Of a DNA stretch of 64,000 bases, positions 45,284 through 57,155 are shown piece after piece. The position numbers and the translations under genes were made by a program. The notes under the pieces are model-generated. The model worked only from the letters and a program-made list of their open reading frames with translations, had not been told where the DNA came from and made no database searches. Every line of letters starts with the position of its first letter. The stretch's first letter is position 1. This stretch comes from Blastocatellia bacterium (GTDB lineage: Bacteria > Acidobacteriota > Blastocatellia > RBC074), in NCBI GenBank assembly GCA_035429885.1, contig DAOMFR010000019.1:67-64066 (forward strand), given 5' to 3'.

Positions 45284-45457
45284 ATGCCGAATCCATTTTG
45301 GGTTTCCGCCACCGCGGCGACGGTCAAAACGTTATCCAAGAAATGCCCGCATTGCGGTAAGCGCGCTTCGTATCCGCGCAAAGAACAAGGGCAGTTTTAC
45401 ACCTGCAAGTACTGTGGTCACCGATTCAAGGAGTATGATTCGTCGGGAAAAAAATGA
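45284..45457 (+). CDS. Small zinc-ribbon protein (57 aa), not in the supplied ORF track
   Basis: The ATG at 45284 is preceded by GGGAGAAGTT. Translation: MPNPFWVSATAATVKTLSKKCPHCGKRASYPRKEQGQFYTCKYCGHRFKEYDSSGKK, with a CPHC-x18-CKYC zinc-ribbon spacing. It fills the gap between the antiporter and the GlcF-like gene. Confidence 0.55.
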   Translation: MPNPFWVSATAATVKTLSKKCPHCGKRASYPRKEQGQFYTCKYCGHRFKEYDSSGKK

Positions 45458-45484
45458 TTCCGGCCAAGCATCCATTCAAATTTT

Positions 45485-46882
45485 ATGGCTCTGAACACAT
45501 CTCTTCACACGGCGCTGGACGCCGAGATGGATAAAATTCTGGGTTGCATTCACTGCGGTTTGTGTTTGCCAGCCTGCCCCACGTATCAACAAGTCGGCAA
45601 CGAAAACGACAGTCCGCGCGGACGCATTTACCTGATGCGCTCCGTCGCCGAAGGCCGCCTGGATGTGCAAGCGCCAGCCTTCGCTCGTCACATTGACCTA
45701 TGTCTGGGGTGCCGAGCTTGCGAAACGGCTTGCCCCGCTGGCGTGAAATACGGCTATCTGCTGGAACACGCCCGCGAAACCATCAACCACGAGGGTAAGA
45801 AGAACAGCGGTGGTTTTCAGAAGTGGATGCTGAATCTGGCGCTGCGCCACATCTTCCCATATCCGAATCGGTTGAAATCTGTTTTCGCTGTGAGCCGCTT
45901 GATGCGCGACAACGGTTTGATGAAGTGGGCTTATGCCAGTGGCTTGGTTCGCAAAGTGTCGAAGAAAGCCGACTTCGCGTTATCGCTATTGATGACGACA
46001 GCTCCAACTCGGAGAGACGGAGCAATTGCAGGGCAGAGCGTTGGGGAGGCAAAAGCCCCTACCCAACACCTAACACCCAGCACCAAACACCTAAAACCTG
46101 TTTCCGTCTTCACTGGTTGCGTGATGGAAGGATTGTTCAAACACGCCAATGACGCCACCAAGCGCGTGCTGACGGTCAACAATTGCCAAAACATCGAAGT
46201 TGCCAAGCAGGTTTGCTGCGGAGCCCTGCACGCACATTCGGGTGATTTGGAAACGGCGCGCAAACTGGCGCGGCAAAACATTGATGCCTTTGAACGGTTT
46301 TTGACTTCCGATCACAACCCGACGAACCCAGCCACGATCATCATCAATGCCGCTGGCTGCGGTGCCTTGCTGAAAGAATACGGCGACTTGTTGAAAGACG
46401 ATCCTGCCTACGCGGAGCGCGCTGTGAACTTCAGCCGCCACGTCAAAGACGCCACCGAATATCTGGCTGCTGACGAGATCCGCCCCGGAGCCGAAATCAA
46501 AGAAGCTGTGACGATGGACGCGCCCTGCCATTTGTACCACGCCCAGCGAGTAATGACCGCTCCGCAAAAAGTGCTGACTTCGATTCCCGGGGTCGAATAC
46601 CGCCAACTCGAAGGCATGCAGGATTGCTGCGGAGGCGCAGGCATTTACAACCTCAGCGAACCCGAAATGTCCGAAGGCATTCTTTCTGACAAGATCGAAA
46701 AAGTGAAAGCCACCGGCGCAAAGGTTCTGGTGACAGCCAACCCCGGCTGCCACATGCAACTTGGCGCTGGCGCGCGAATGTTCAACGCCGATTGCCAGGT
46801 CGTTCACGTTGTTGAATTGCTGGATGAATCGTACCGGAAGGCAGGCTTTTATCAGCAACCGGACTCAGGCAAACAAGGTTAA
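45485..46882 (+). CDS. glcF: (Fe-S)-binding protein, glycolate oxidase iron-sulfur subunit GlcF-like
   Basis: 465-aa ORF with two ferredoxin motifs (CIHCGLCLPACP, CLGCRACETACP) and two CCG-type Cys-rich domains (VCCGALH, DCCGGAG). It also contains a low-complexity insert encoded by a heptamer repeat. Confidence 0.85.
   Translation: MALNTSLHTALDAEMDKILGCIHCGLCLPACPTYQQVGNENDSPRGRIYLMRSVAEGRLDVQAPAFARHIDLCLGCRACETACPAGVKYGYLLEHARETINHEGKKNSGGFQKWMLNLALRHIFPYPNRLKSVFAVSRLMRDNGLMKWAYASGLVRKVSKKADFALSLLMTTAPTRRDGAIAGQSVGEAKAPTQHLTPSTKHLKPVSVFTGCVMEGLFKHANDATKRVLTVNNCQNIEVAKQVCCGALHAHSGDLETARKLARQNIDAFERFLTSDHNPTNPATIIINAAGCGALLKEYGDLLKDDPAYAERAVNFSRHVKDATEYLAADEIRPGAEIKEAVTMDAPCHLYHAQRVMTAPQKVLTSIPGVEYRQLEGMQDCCGGAGIYNLSEPEMSEGILSDKIEKVKATGAKVLVTANPGCHMQLGAGARMFNADCQVVHVVELLDESYRKAGFYQQPDSGKQG
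46056..46097 (+). repeat. Heptanucleotide tandem repeat (6 units, consensus CYAACAC) inside the GlcF-like ORF
   Basis: CCCCTAC CCAACAC CTAACAC CCAGCAC CAAACAC CTAAAAC, translated as APTQHLTPSTKHLKP, which is 7-aa periodic. Confidence 0.85.
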
Positions 46883-47048
46883 AACGGCAAAAAAACGATT
46901 TGCCTGCTGGTAATTATTTTTTTTCTGCGTGAGGGAATTTGTGCAGAAATTGCGGTTAATTAAATTGAGGCGGCTCAATCGGGAAAATTGCATAAAGATA
47001 GATTGGGTCGTTTGCAAGTAAAACATTGATCGAGGACCTTGACCTGAA

Positions 47049-48200
47049 ATGCATAACAGGATTCTCGTTGTAGATGACGAACCCGACCTCGAAATTCTGA
47101 TTACCCAACGATTTCGCAAGCGCATTCGCGCCGAAGAACTCAGCTTTCTTTTTGCCAGCAATGGCGAAGAAGCACTCGCCCAATTGCAATCTGATCATCA
47201 TGTTGATGTCGTGTTGACCGACATCAACATGCCTGTGATGGATGGCCTGACACTGTTGTCGCGCTTGCGTGAGGCGCATCCGTTATTGCGTTCGGTGATT
47301 GTCTCAGCGTATGGCGATATGCCGAACATCCGCACGGCGCTCAACCGCGGCGCCTTTGATTTCATCACCAAGCCGATTGATTTTCAGGATTTGGAAATTA
47401 CGCTCGACCGCGCGATTGCCGAATCCATCGAGCGCAAACAAGCGGCGCAAGATCGTGACCGCTTGCTTAAACTCAGCCGCGAACTTGAACTCGCCCGCAA
47501 CATTCAATCGGCGCTTGTCCCGCATACATTCCCGCAACACGAACGCCTGTCGGTGTACGGCTCGATGATTCCGGCGGCGGAAGTCGGCGGCGATCTGTTT
47601 GATTGTTTTCTGCTTGATGACCACCGGCTGGCCTTCACCATCGGCGATGTGTCGGGCAAAGGCATTGCGGCGGCGCTGTTTATGGCCGTCAGCCGCACAG
47701 TTTTGCGCGTAGCTGCCAAGAAAGGCTTGTCACCGCAAGACTGCCTGCTGGAAGCGCACCAGTTTCTGCACGGCGAGCGCCGCGCTACGTCGCATTTCGT
47801 CACCTGTTTTTACGGCATTCTCGATCTGGCGACCGGGCAACTGGAATACAGCCGCGCCGGACACAATCCGCCGTATCTGGTGCGTGGCGATCAGGTGCAA
47901 ACGCTGGATGCGGCGAGCGGATTGCCGCTGGGTATGCTGCGGCGCGTGAACTATGACACGGCGACGGTGCAGCTTGTGGCGGGCGATACGCTGTTGATGT
48001 TTACCGACGGCATCACCGAAGCGATGAATCCTCGCCAGGAAGAATATGGCGAAGATCGGCTGGTGCAATTGCTGAGCGAGCGAGCGTCGTCATTGAGCGT
48101 CGAGGAATTAGTGCAGGCGGTGACGCACGAAGCGACCGCGTTCGCCGAGGGCGCACCGGCTTCGGATGACATGACCGTGCTGGGCGTGCGGTATCTATGA
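47049..48200 (+). CDS. Response regulator receiver fused to PP2C/SpoIIE-type serine phosphatase (RsbU-like)
   Basis: 383-aa ORF with a REC domain (ILVVDDEPDL, DVVLTDINMPVMDG, TKP) followed by SpoIIE motifs (GGDLFD, IGDVSGKGIAAALFMA, FTDGITEA, DDMTVL). Confidence 0.9.
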   Translation: MHNRILVVDDEPDLEILITQRFRKRIRAEELSFLFASNGEEALAQLQSDHHVDVVLTDINMPVMDGLTLLSRLREAHPLLRSVIVSAYGDMPNIRTALNRGAFDFITKPIDFQDLEITLDRAIAESIERKQAAQDRDRLLKLSRELELARNIQSALVPHTFPQHERLSVYGSMIPAAEVGGDLFDCFLLDDHRLAFTIGDVSGKGIAAALFMAVSRTVLRVAAKKGLSPQDCLLEAHQFLHGERRATSHFVTCFYGILDLATGQLEYSRAGHNPPYLVRGDQVQTLDAASGLPLGMLRRVNYDTATVQLVAGDTLLMFTDGITEAMNPRQEEYGEDRLVQLLSERASSLSVEELVQAVTHEATAFAEGAPASDDMTVLGVRYL

Positions 48201-48201
48201 T

Positions 48202-48306
48202 CTGGGTACGCCCGCGCCCTCGCGGGCTGCCTTCGCCGTAGGGCGTCCGCGTATCCACAAAAAGTCTTTGCCGCACGCCTGCCCGCGAGGGCGCGGGCGC
48301 ACCCAG
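48202..48306. repeat. Long GC-rich imperfect palindrome (105 bp) in the RR-PP2C/kinase intergenic gap
   Basis: 26-nt arms: CTGGGTACGCCCGCGCCCTCGCGGGC (48202-48227) and GCCCGCGAGGGCGCGGGCGCACCCAG (48281-48306), with one mismatch. Each arm is itself a mini-palindrome (GCCCGCG-CCCT-CGCGGGC). Confidence 0.85.
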
Positions 48307-48315
48307 TGAGAAACG

Positions 48316-51300
48316 ATGAGACACACAACCTTTACCATCGCCATCATTCTTTGTCTGTTGTTGCCCGCACAAGGGCAAACGACTCCATCCGCATCAGACC
48401 GCCGCGCTAAAGAAGCGGGGTTGCCTTTTATCTCGTGGTTCAGCGCGCAGGAATATCAAGGCTCGTCGCAGGTGTTCTCGCTCGCGCAAGATGATCGCGG
48501 AGTGCTGTACCTGGGTTATGGCGATGGAATCGGGGAATACGACGGCAACACATGGCGCAGGATTGCAACTCCGCACAACGCCGTGATCAGAGCACTTGCC
48601 AAAGGACAGGATGGCCGGATTTATGCGGGGGAAATTGGAGATTTCGGTTATCTAGCGCCTGACCAACAAGGAACCATGCGATTTGTTTCCTTGCTCGAAT
48701 TTGTCCCGCTGGGTGAACGCGAGTTTCAGAGCATTGAACGAATTCAGGTTACACCGGAAGGAATATATTTTCGTGCCCCGGAACGGCTCTTTCGGGTTAC
48801 TCCAGACGGCAAAGGCTGGCGTGTCAAAAGCTGGAAGTCGAAGACACCAATGAATTTTTCGGCGTATGCCTTTGACACTTTGTATGTCAACATTTCAGGT
48901 GTTGGGTTGCATCGCCTGACGGGCGACAACCTTGAACCGCTGGCTTTGCCAGGGCTGAAAAATCATAACGAGTTGCGTCTGATGTTTATGTTGCCGTTCC
49001 CGGATGGGCAAAACGGCAAACCTCGACAGCTTTTGCTCGGATATCGGACTGGAGAGCTTTTCGTGATGGACGAAAGCGGAGTGCGCCCGTTTGTCACTGA
49101 GGCTACGCCATTGTTGAAAAAGCTGCTGCTCACGAATGCAATCAGACTGAAGGATGGCTCATTCGGGCTAGGAACGTTAACCGGGGGCTTTTTCATTCTG
49201 GAACCGAGTGGAAAGGTGCGACGCTATCTGGATCGCGCGGCGGGCATTCAATCAGAAGGTGTGCTGTCGGCGCTGGAAGATCAGGCCGGAACCGTCTGGT
49301 TGGGGTTGCAAAGTGGACTGGCCAAAGTCGAACTCGCTTCGCCATTGACTGAGTTTGGACGCGCGACCGGGTTTTCAGGTTCTGTAGTGGGCATCGCCCG
49401 ATATCGCGGAGATTTGTATGTGACGACGATTACGGGCGGGTTATGGCGGTTGGATATCGCAACCGGTAAATTTCAACAAGTGCCGGGTTATCCTTTTCAG
49501 GAAGTGCTGGGCTTGTTGCAATTCAAGGATAGCTTGCTAACGGCTGGGGCGGGTGACGGGATTATTGAATTAAGAGGCAATCGAATCCAGCCGATCCCCT
49601 TAAGCAAAAGCACCGGTAAAAACTTTCTTTTCGCGGCACCCTCTCGATACGACCCTAACCGGGTTTGGACTGGTGGTAACACGGGCTTTTTTTCGCTGCG
49701 TTGGGCTGGTGAAGGGCGTTGGGTGGATGAAGGCCTGGTGGCGAAACTCTCTGCCGTTCCGCGCTCTATTGTTGAACCAGAACCGGGAACGATCTGGGTT
49801 GGCACCGAATCGCAAGGCGTTGTGCGCATTCGTTTGCAAGGCAATTCATTCGCCAACCCAAAGGTCGAATATTTTGGCCAGGCGCAGGGCTTGGCAGATG
49901 ACGGCGGCGTCAGTGTGCATTTGATTGACGGGCACATCCTGTTTGCTTCGCCCAGAGGGTTGCGAGAGTTTGATGAAGCCAGCGGGCGTTTTGTCGAATC
50001 GAAGCTCTTTGGCGCGATTCCGAGAGGTGGATTGCCGGAAGAATATAACGTCAGCACGACGCCACAGGGCGACATCTGGGTGAATTTCGGCGTGCGGCCT
50101 ATGCTGTTGCGGCGGCAAAGCGATGGCACTTACAAGATCGAAGAAAACCTGCTGGGACGCATCAGCAATGGTTTGGTTGTTTGGATTCACGCCGACCCGG
50201 ATGGAGTGTTGTGGATGGGAGGAACCGACAAGATTTACCGATACGACCCGGCTAAGGCCTCGAATCGTACGGTCGCCGTTCCAGCGCTGGTGCGGCGTGT
50301 GACGGCGGGCGAGCAGGGCAATCTGTTGCTCTATGCCGGAAGCGGCAATGCGACAGACAGGCTGCCCACCAGCTTGGCCTTTCGCGACAATTCGTTACGG
50401 TTTGAATATGCCGCCTCCAGTCTGGAAGACCCTGAACTCAATCAATTTCGCTCGATGCTGGAAGGGTTTGACCACGACTGGTCAAGCTGGACGCGCGAGA
50501 CGAAACGCGATTACACCAACCTGCCGCCCGGCACGTATCGCTTTCGCGTGAAGGCCAAAAATGCGTTAGGACAGGAAAGCCCCGAAGCCGAATACTCGCT
50601 GACAATTTTGCCGCCGTGGTATCGCACGTGGTGGGCGTACGGCGCTTATGCGTTTTTGCTGGCAGGGCTTGGATTCGCTGTCAGCCGCGTTCAACGGCGG
50701 CGCGTCGTCACCCGTGAGCGCGAAAAATCCGCGTTGCGCGAAGCCCAGTTGCGCGCTGAAACTGCTGCCGCGCAAGCCAAAACGCTGGAAGCCGAAGCCA
50801 AAACGCTGGCCGCTGAAAACGAACGCAACAAGAACGTCGAATTGCTCAGCGAAATCGGCAAAGACCTGACCTCTTCGCTTGATCTGGACACGATCTTTTT
50901 TCGCCTTTACGAACACGTCAATCAGTTGATGGACGCGACAATCTTTGGCGTCGGCTTGTACCATCCCGAACGCCACGAAATTGATTACAGGCTGGCGATG
51001 GAAAACGGCAAACGTTACGCGCCCTACACCCGCGACACACGCGACCGCTATCAGTTTCCGGTCTGGTGCATTGAGCATCGTCAGCCGGTCTTTCTCAATG
51101 ACGTGGCGAAGGAATATACCAAGTACATTGAGAAGTACGGCGAGACGTACCAAAAATTGGAAGACGGCGCGACGGCGACCGCGCCCGCTTCGATGATGTA
51201 CCTGCCGCTGATGATGAAAGACCGCGTGCTGGGCGTTATCACGGTGCAAAGTTTCAAGACGAACGCTTACACCGATTACCACCTTGATCTGCTGGAAAAC

Positions 51301-52170
51301 CTCGCGGCTTATACCTCGATTGCGCTCGACAACGCCGATGCTTACCACCACCTCAAGGCGACACAAGACCAGTTAGTGGTGCAGGAAAAACTGGCTTCGC
51401 TCGGCGCCTTGACCGCAGGCATCGCGCACGAGATCAAGAATCCGCTGAATTTCGTCAACAACTTCGCCGACCTGTCGGTCGAATTGATGGACGAATTGCG
51501 CGAAGACATCACCAAACACAAAGCCGCGATTCCGGACAAAGATTTCGAGAATATCGAAGACCTGCTCGATGATCTGACAGCCAATGCCAAAAAGATCAAC
51601 GAACACGGCAGGCGCGCCGACGGCATTGTGCGCAGCATGCTGCTGCATTCGCGCGGACAGGCGGGGGAACGCCAACCGACGGACATCAACGCGATGCTGG
51701 AAGAGTATGTGAACCTGACGTATCACGGCATGCGCGCGCAGGATTCCAGCTTCAACGTCACCATCGAACGCGCACTGGCAAACGATGCCGGTTCGGTCGA
51801 AGCGATTCCGCAAGACCTGAGCCGCGTGTTTCTGAATCTGCTGAACAACGCTTGTTATGCCGTGAATGATAAGGCCAAACGCAACGGCGCGGGCTTTGTG
51901 CCGAAGCTGCGCGTCGAATCACGCAATCTCGGTGATGCGGTGGAAGTGCGCATTCGCGACAACGGCATGGGCATTCCGCCCGAAGTGCGCGAGAAAATTT
52001 TCAACCCGTTTTTCACGACGAAGCCGACGGGGCAGGGCACAGGGCTTGGCCTTTCAATCAGTCACGACATCGTCGTGCAACAACACGGCGGGCAACTCGA
52101 AGTGGAAACCGAGCCGGGCGAATACACCGAATTTATCGTGCGCTTGCCGCGCAATGGGAGGAACACGTAA
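48316..52170 (+). CDS. Sensor histidine kinase with periplasmic beta-propeller (Reg_prop) + Y_Y_Y domain, GAF, HisKA, HATPase_c
   Basis: 1284-aa ORF. It has a signal/TM segment and a ~750-aa propeller-like region ending in a Y_Y_Y-type segment ([16 protein letters not shown]...[17 protein letters not shown]). A TM helix ([18 protein letters not shown]), coiled coil and GAF-like region follow. The H-box is [10 protein letters not shown], and the N/G boxes are [16 protein letters not shown] and GTGLGLSI. Confidence 0.9.
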   Translation: MRHTTFTIAIILCLLLPAQGQTTPSASDRRAKEAGLPFISWFSAQEYQGSSQVFSLAQDDRGVLYLGYGDGIGEYDGNTWRRIATPHNAVIRALAKGQDGRIYAGEIGDFGYLAPDQQGTMRFVSLLEFVPLGEREFQSIERIQVTPEGIYFRAPERLFRVTPDGKGWRVKSWKSKTPMNFSAYAFDTLYVNISGVGLHRLTGDNLEPLALPGLKNHNELRLMFMLPFPDGQNGKPRQLLLGYRTGELFVMDESGVRPFVTEATPLLKKLLLTNAIRLKDGSFGLGTLTGGFFILEPSGKVRRYLDRAAGIQSEGVLSALEDQAGTVWLGLQSGLAKVELASPLTEFGRATGFSGSVVGIARYRGDLYVTTITGGLWRLDIATGKFQQVPGYPFQEVLGLLQFKDSLLTAGAGDGIIELRGNRIQPIPLSKSTGKNFLFAAPSRYDPNRVWTGGNTGFFSLRWAGEGRWVDEGLVAKLSAVPRSIVEPEPGTIWVGTESQGVVRIRLQGNSFANPKVEYFGQAQGLADDGGVSVHLIDGHILFASPRGLREFDEASGRFVESKLFGAIPRGGLPEEYNVSTTPQGDIWVNFGVRPMLLRRQSDGTYKIEENLLGRISNGLVVWIHADPDGVLWMGGTDKIYRYDPAKASNRTVAVPALVRRVTAGEQGNLLLYAGSGNATDRLPTSLAFRDNSLRFEYAASSLEDPELNQFRSMLEGFDHDWSSWTRETKRDYTNLPPGTYRFRVKAKNALGQESPEAEYSLTILPPWYRTWWAYGAYAFLLAGLGFAVSRVQRRRVVTREREKSALREAQLRAETAAAQAKTLEAEAKTLAAENERNKNVELLSEIGKDLTSSLDLDTIFFRLYEHVNQLMDATIFGVGLYHPERHEIDYRLAMENGKRYAPYTRDTRDRYQFPVWCIEHRQPVFLNDVAKEYTKYIEKYGETYQKLEDGATATAPASMMYLPLMMKDRVLGVITVQSFKTNAYTDYHLDLLENLAAYTSIALDNADAYHHLKATQDQLVVQEKLASLGALTAGIAHEIKNPLNFVNNFADLSVELMDELREDITKHKAAIPDKDFENIEDLLDDLTANAKKINEHGRRADGIVRSMLLHSRGQAGERQPTDINAMLEEYVNLTYHGMRAQDSSFNVTIERALANDAGSVEAIPQDLSRVFLNLLNNACYAVNDKAKRNGAGFVPKLRVESRNLGDAVEVRIRDNGMGIPPEVREKIFNPFFTTKPTGQGTGLGLSISHDIVVQQHGGQLEVETEPGEYTEFIVRLPRNGRNT

Positions 52171-52532
52171 TGAAAGTGATGGTCGTAGACGACGAAGCCG
52201 ATGTCCGAACGCTGTTTGAGCAACGCTTTCGCCGCGAAGTGCGCGACGGCAAGATCGATTTTTGCTTTGCGCTTTCTGGCGAAGAAGCCTTGTCTTTGCT
52301 GGAACACCGTGTCAGCGAGGTTTCCCTGATTCTTTCGGACATCAATATGCCGGGGATGAACGGCCTGGATTTGCTCAAAGCCATCAAGGAAAAACATCGG
52401 CATTTGAAGGTGTATCTGATCACGGCGTATGGCAGCGCGGAATATCAGCAACTGGCGTTGACCTATGGTTGCGATGATTACTTTACCAAACCGCTGGATT
52501 TCGGCGTGCTCAAGGAAAAGCTGCAAGTCTGA
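52170..52532 (+). CDS. Single-domain response regulator (receiver only)
   Basis: 120-aa ORF (VMVVDDEADV, LILSDINMPGMNG, TKP). Its start overlaps the kinase stop (TAATG). The receiver resembles that of the 47049 RR-PP2C (RFRREVRDGKIDFCFALSGEEAL versus RFRKRIRAEELSFLFASNGEEAL). Confidence 0.9.
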   Translation: MKVMVVDDEADVRTLFEQRFRREVRDGKIDFCFALSGEEALSLLEHRVSEVSLILSDINMPGMNGLDLLKAIKEKHRHLKVYLITAYGSAEYQQLALTYGCDDYFTKPLDFGVLKEKLQV

Positions 52533-52589
52533 ATCCCGCAAGCGATGATTCTGCGCTCTCTAAGCGGCACTCAATAGTTGAGGAACGAG

Positions 52590-55500
52590 ATGAAGAAAAC
52601 GCAAACACCGACTGTAATTAACCAAACAATACCGAAGGACAGTAGCGGCAATTTCCTTGCTGGCGTGCTGAAATCTGTTCCTGTTCGGTTGCCGGTTACC
52701 TTTGGGCGCAACCTGCTGCCGTTCACGATTGTTTTCCTGCTTTTGTTGTCGGCGCAGGCGCAAACGCCAGACCGCAAACGCGGCGAAGAAGGGCTGCCAT
52801 TTGTCACATGGTACAGCCCGGAAACCTATCAGGGATCGTCGCAGGTATTTGCGGTAGAGCAGGATGACCGTGGACTGATTTACTTGGGAACCAACGCCGG
52901 AGTTCGGGAATACGATGGCAGTTCGTGGCGAACGATTCAGACGCCGCACAATGGCATTGTGCGCGGGCTGGCCAAGGGCACAGACGGACGCATTTATGTC
53001 GGAGAAGTCGGCGATTTTGGTTACTTGCAACCCGATGCGCATGGCACGATGCACTATGTCTCGTTGCTGGAAATGGTGCCGCCAGAGGATCGAAATTTTC
53101 AGGATGTAACCCGCGTGATCATTACCCCGGAAGGCATTTATTTTCAGCCGCGTGAAATTCTTATGCGCCTGACACGAGAGGGCAATGGGTGGCGCTATAA
53201 ATCATGGAAGCCCACACAGGCATTTTCACAGCCTTACTATGTTTACGGCACACTTTATGTGCGAACGTCAGAGGGCGGGATATATCGAATGGCAGGCGAT
53301 GTCTTGCAACCGCTGACGCTGCGCGGGCCATTCATTCAGGCGAATAACAGATTGACCTTGATGTTGCCTTATTCGGACAAGACGGGAGAGATATTGCTGG
53401 GAACCCGCACCGGTGACCTATTTGTGTTGGATGGTGAGTCCCTGCGCCCTTTTGTGTCTGAGGCCGCGTCGCTGTTACACCAATTGGGCATGATTCGCGC
53501 GGCAGTTTTGCGTGACGGCGCGTATGGCATCGTCACTGCGACAGGCGGATTGGTGATTCTTGAGCGCAACGGCAAGATGCGGCGCTATCTGGATCGCTCG
53601 GCGGGAATTCTCTCGGATGGCGGGCATTACATTCTCGTAGATCGCGTTGGAACCGTCTGGTTGGCTTTACAAAACGGTGTCGCCAAAGTTGAAACGACGT
53701 CTCCCTTAACTGAATTCTCACGCGCGATGGGGATGTCAGGGTCTGTCACTGAAATTGTGCGCTATCGTGGAGAGTTATTCGTTGCCACTACCAATGGCTT
53801 GCAACGACTCGATGCCTCCACCAGACAATTCCAACGAGTCGCAGAGGTTAAAGACCCCGAAAATTTTGGGTTGCTGGTACACGGGGATACTTTGCTGGTG
53901 GCTACGGCTGCGGAAGGAATATACCAGTTTAACGACAAGCGCCTGACGGGATTGTTTCGGTTTCCCAAGCCGTCTACTTCTGCTTACTCAATGTCCCCAT
54001 CTCTGCAGGATGCGAATCGGGTCTGGGTTTGCACCTCTGAAGGCTTGGCCGCCATTCGGAAAGATACTGCGGGTCGCTGGGTCTATGAGGGATTGATCGA
54101 AAATCTTCCGGTTCTTCGCTCCCTCGTTGAACCGGAACCCGGCGTATTATGGATTGGCACCGAAGCCAGAGGCGTTTTGCGCATTCGTTTGCAGGGCAAT
54201 TCGCTGCTTAATCCCAAAATAGAATCTTTCACTTCAGCCAACGGATTGCCTGATGACAGTGGTGTCAGCGTCCATAAAGCTGCTGGGCGCATCATCTTTG
54301 CCAACCGTGCAGGAGCGCGCGAATTTGACGAATCGAGCGGGCGGTTTGTGGAATCGAAACTCTTTGGCGCGGTTCCGACAGGCGGATCGTCTGAAGAGTA
54401 CACCGTGCGGACGAATTCCAAAGGCGACATCTGGGTCAATTTCGGTGCGCGCCCTGTGTTAATGCGGCGACAAGGCGATGGTTCGTACCAAATGGACAAC
54501 CGTTTGTTGGGACGCATCAACAATGGACAGGTTTCCTGGTTGCACGTGGACGCAGACGATGTGTTGTGGATGGGCGGGTTGGATCGGGTGATCCGTTACG
54601 ATCCGGCTTTGGCGGCGAGCAACGCAACGACAGTGCCGACGTTGGTGCGGAGCGTTGCGGCAGGTGAATCTGCGACGCTACTTTATGGTGGCGGTGGCGG
54701 CGAATTGGCCATCCGGATGAACTCTCCGCTGGCTTATGCGAACAATACGTTACGGTTTGAGTATGCCGTCGCCAGTTTGGAAGACCCCGCGCGCAATCAA
54801 TATCAAACCATGCTGGAAGGCTTTGACCACGATTGGTCAGTCTGGACGCGCGAAACGCGGCGCGAATACACAAATCTGCCGCCAGGGACTTATCGTTTTC
54901 GCGTAAAGTCGCTTAATGCATTGGGGCAATCGGGGGCTGAAGCCGAATACCGATTGACGATTTTGCCGCCGTGGTATCGCACGTGGTGGGCGTATGGCGC
55001 TTATGTCCTGATGCTGGGCTTGGCGGCGTTTGGTTCGCGGCATTGGATGCTCAAGCACGAACGCGAAAAGGCGCAACGGCAAAAGGCAGAACTGGAAGCC
55101 ACTGTTGCGGCGCGCACGCAGGAAATCAGCGCCCGTGCCGCCGAACTCACCACCGTCAATCACATCACACAGGCGCTCGCCACTCAGCTCGACAAAGACG
55201 CCTTGATAGAACTGGTCGGGGAACAGGTGCGCGAAGTGTTTCATGCTTCGATTGCCTATGTTGCCTTGCTCAATCGAGCAACGATGATGATCGAATTCCC
55301 TTACCTGCACGGCGAAGACCTCGAACCGATTCCGTATGGAGAAGGCATGACTTCGCAGATTATTCGCACCGGGCAACCGCTGCTGATCAATCGCAACTTC
55401 GGCAGCAGCCGCGAAGAAATGGGCGTGCGGTTGATTGGCCGCCAGCCCGCGTCTTTCCTGGGCGTGCCGATTCGCGCAGGCGGGGAAGTCGTTGGCGTGC

Positions 55501-57146
55501 TCAGCGTGCAGGCGATGGAAGAAGAAGGCCGCTTTACCGAAGCCGATCAACGGTTGCTGGCGACGATTGCCACGGCGGTCGGCGTCACGCTGCACAATGC
55601 AAACCTGTATGAAACGGCGCGCGTGGCCCGCGTTGCCGCGGAAGAAGCCGATGAAGCCAAGAGCATCTTTCTGGCCAATATGAGCCACGAATTGCGCACG
55701 CCGCTCAATGCCGTCATTGGATACAGCGAGATGTTGCAGGAAGAAGCCGAGGACCTGGGACAGGATGAGTTCATTCCTGATCTGCAAAAAATCAATGCCG
55801 CCGGGCGTCACCTGCTCGAATTGATTAACAGCATTTTGGATCTTTCGAAGATCGAAGCCGGCAAGATGGAGCTTTACCTGGAATCGTTTGAGGTGAAGAC
55901 CTTGATTGATGATGTAGCGGCGGTGATTCAACCGCTGGTCGGGCGCAAAGGCAATCAACTGACGATTCATTGTCAGCCGGAGGTCGGCACGATGCGCGCC
56001 GACCTGACCAAAATCCGCCAATCGCTGTTCAATCTATTGTCGAATGCGTCGAAATTTACGGAAGCTGGCTCCATCACACTGGATGTCGCGCGCCGCGACA
56101 ACCGGGTGATCTTTCGCGTCAGCGACACCGGCATCGGCATGACCGAAGCGCAGATCGGCAAGTTGTTTCAGCCCTTCATGCAGGCTGATGTTTCGACCAC
56201 AAGGCAATACGGCGGCACGGGCTTGGGGCTGACTATCACCAAAAAATTCTGCGAAATGATGGGTGGCGAAATCCACGTCGAAAGCCAGCCGGGATGCGGT
56301 TCAGTCTTCACCATCGAATTGCCCGCGCAAATGGGCGACGCCAAAGCCGGCAGCGAACGGAGCACTGCGCAACTTGGTATTGCTCCCAATGCGCCATTGA
56401 TTTTGGTGATTGACGATGACCCGGCGGTGCAGGAATTGATGCAGCGTTTCTTAAACCGCGAAGGGTTTCGCGTCGCCAACGCGCTCAACGGACAGGAAGG
56501 ATTGCGCCTTGCTCAGGAATTGCAACCCGCTGCGATTACGCTGGACGTGATGATGCCGGGAATGGACGGATGGGCTGTGCTGTCTGCGCTTAAAGCCAAT
56601 TCGGCCACGCACGATTTGCCGGTGATTATGCTGACGATTGTGGACGACCGAAACCTCGGCTATGCGCTGGGCGCGGCGGAATATTTGAACAAACCGGTTG
56701 ACCGCGAACGTTTGCTGACCTTGCTGAAAAAGTATCGTCCCGAAACTCACACCGGTTCAGTGTTGATTGTCGAAGACGAACCCGCGACCCGCGAAATGTT
56801 GCGGCGCATGCTGGAACAGGAAGGCTGGGAAGTCGCCGAAGCCGAAAACGGGCGCGCAGGGCTGACGCAGTTGGCAGTACTAACGCCGCATCTGATCCTG
56901 CTGGATTTGATGATGCCCGAAGTGGACGGCTTTACCTTTGTTGAGGAACTCAACCAGAACCCGCAATGGCGCGGCATCCCGATTGTCGTCATCACGGCAA
57001 AGGACGTAACGGTCGAAGATCGGCTGCGTCTGAATGGATACGTTGAGAAGATTCTGGAAAAAGGCGCCTACAAACGCGAAGAGCTTTTGCGCGAAGTGCG
57101 CGATCTGGTGGCGGCGTGCGTGCGCGAAACGAATGCGATCAGTTAG
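52590..57146 (+). CDS. Hybrid sensor histidine kinase: beta-propeller + Y_Y_Y, GAF, HisKA, HATPase_c and two receiver domains
   Basis: The ATG at 52590 is preceded by GAGGAA; the ORF-track TTG at 52578 is less likely. The N-terminal ~750 aa are clearly paralogous to the 48316 kinase. The H-box is [19 protein letters not shown]. HATPase motifs are [16 protein letters not shown] and GTGLGLTI. The REC domains are LVIDDDP...DVMMPGMDG and LIVEDEP...DLMMPEVDG. Confidence 0.9.
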   Translation: MKKTQTPTVINQTIPKDSSGNFLAGVLKSVPVRLPVTFGRNLLPFTIVFLLLLSAQAQTPDRKRGEEGLPFVTWYSPETYQGSSQVFAVEQDDRGLIYLGTNAGVREYDGSSWRTIQTPHNGIVRGLAKGTDGRIYVGEVGDFGYLQPDAHGTMHYVSLLEMVPPEDRNFQDVTRVIITPEGIYFQPREILMRLTREGNGWRYKSWKPTQAFSQPYYVYGTLYVRTSEGGIYRMAGDVLQPLTLRGPFIQANNRLTLMLPYSDKTGEILLGTRTGDLFVLDGESLRPFVSEAASLLHQLGMIRAAVLRDGAYGIVTATGGLVILERNGKMRRYLDRSAGILSDGGHYILVDRVGTVWLALQNGVAKVETTSPLTEFSRAMGMSGSVTEIVRYRGELFVATTNGLQRLDASTRQFQRVAEVKDPENFGLLVHGDTLLVATAAEGIYQFNDKRLTGLFRFPKPSTSAYSMSPSLQDANRVWVCTSEGLAAIRKDTAGRWVYEGLIENLPVLRSLVEPEPGVLWIGTEARGVLRIRLQGNSLLNPKIESFTSANGLPDDSGVSVHKAAGRIIFANRAGAREFDESSGRFVESKLFGAVPTGGSSEEYTVRTNSKGDIWVNFGARPVLMRRQGDGSYQMDNRLLGRINNGQVSWLHVDADDVLWMGGLDRVIRYDPALAASNATTVPTLVRSVAAGESATLLYGGGGGELAIRMNSPLAYANNTLRFEYAVASLEDPARNQYQTMLEGFDHDWSVWTRETRREYTNLPPGTYRFRVKSLNALGQSGAEAEYRLTILPPWYRTWWAYGAYVLMLGLAAFGSRHWMLKHEREKAQRQKAELEATVAARTQEISARAAELTTVNHITQALATQLDKDALIELVGEQVREVFHASIAYVALLNRATMMIEFPYLHGEDLEPIPYGEGMTSQIIRTGQPLLINRNFGSSREEMGVRLIGRQPASFLGVPIRAGGEVVGVLSVQAMEEEGRFTEADQRLLATIATAVGVTLHNANLYETARVARVAAEEADEAKSIFLANMSHELRTPLNAVIGYSEMLQEEAEDLGQDEFIPDLQKINAAGRHLLELINSILDLSKIEAGKMELYLESFEVKTLIDDVAAVIQPLVGRKGNQLTIHCQPEVGTMRADLTKIRQSLFNLLSNASKFTEAGSITLDVARRDNRVIFRVSDTGIGMTEAQIGKLFQPFMQADVSTTRQYGGTGLGLTITKKFCEMMGGEIHVESQPGCGSVFTIELPAQMGDAKAGSERSTAQLGIAPNAPLILVIDDDPAVQELMQRFLNREGFRVANALNGQEGLRLAQELQPAAITLDVMMPGMDGWAVLSALKANSATHDLPVIMLTIVDDRNLGYALGAAEYLNKPVDRERLLTLLKKYRPETHTGSVLIVEDEPATREMLRRMLEQEGWEVAEAENGRAGLTQLAVLTPHLILLDLMMPEVDGFTFVEELNQNPQWRGIPIVVITAKDVTVEDRLRLNGYVEKILEKGAYKREELLREVRDLVAACVRETNAIS

Positions 57147-57155
57147 AGGACGAGT

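Noticed and set aside
46886-46924. Possible intrinsic terminator after the GlcF-like gene (GGCAAA-aaaacga-TTTGCC, then a T8 run).
   Set aside because: The stem is only 6 bp and AT-rich. The T tract starts 12 nt after the stem rather than abutting it, so the evidence is too weak to annotate.
48251-48259. DnaA-box-like 9-mer GTATCCACA in the loop of the 48202-48306 palindrome.
   Set aside because: It is a single 8/9 match with no clustering of boxes, no AT-rich unwinding element and no dnaA/dnaN context, so it is most likely a chance match.
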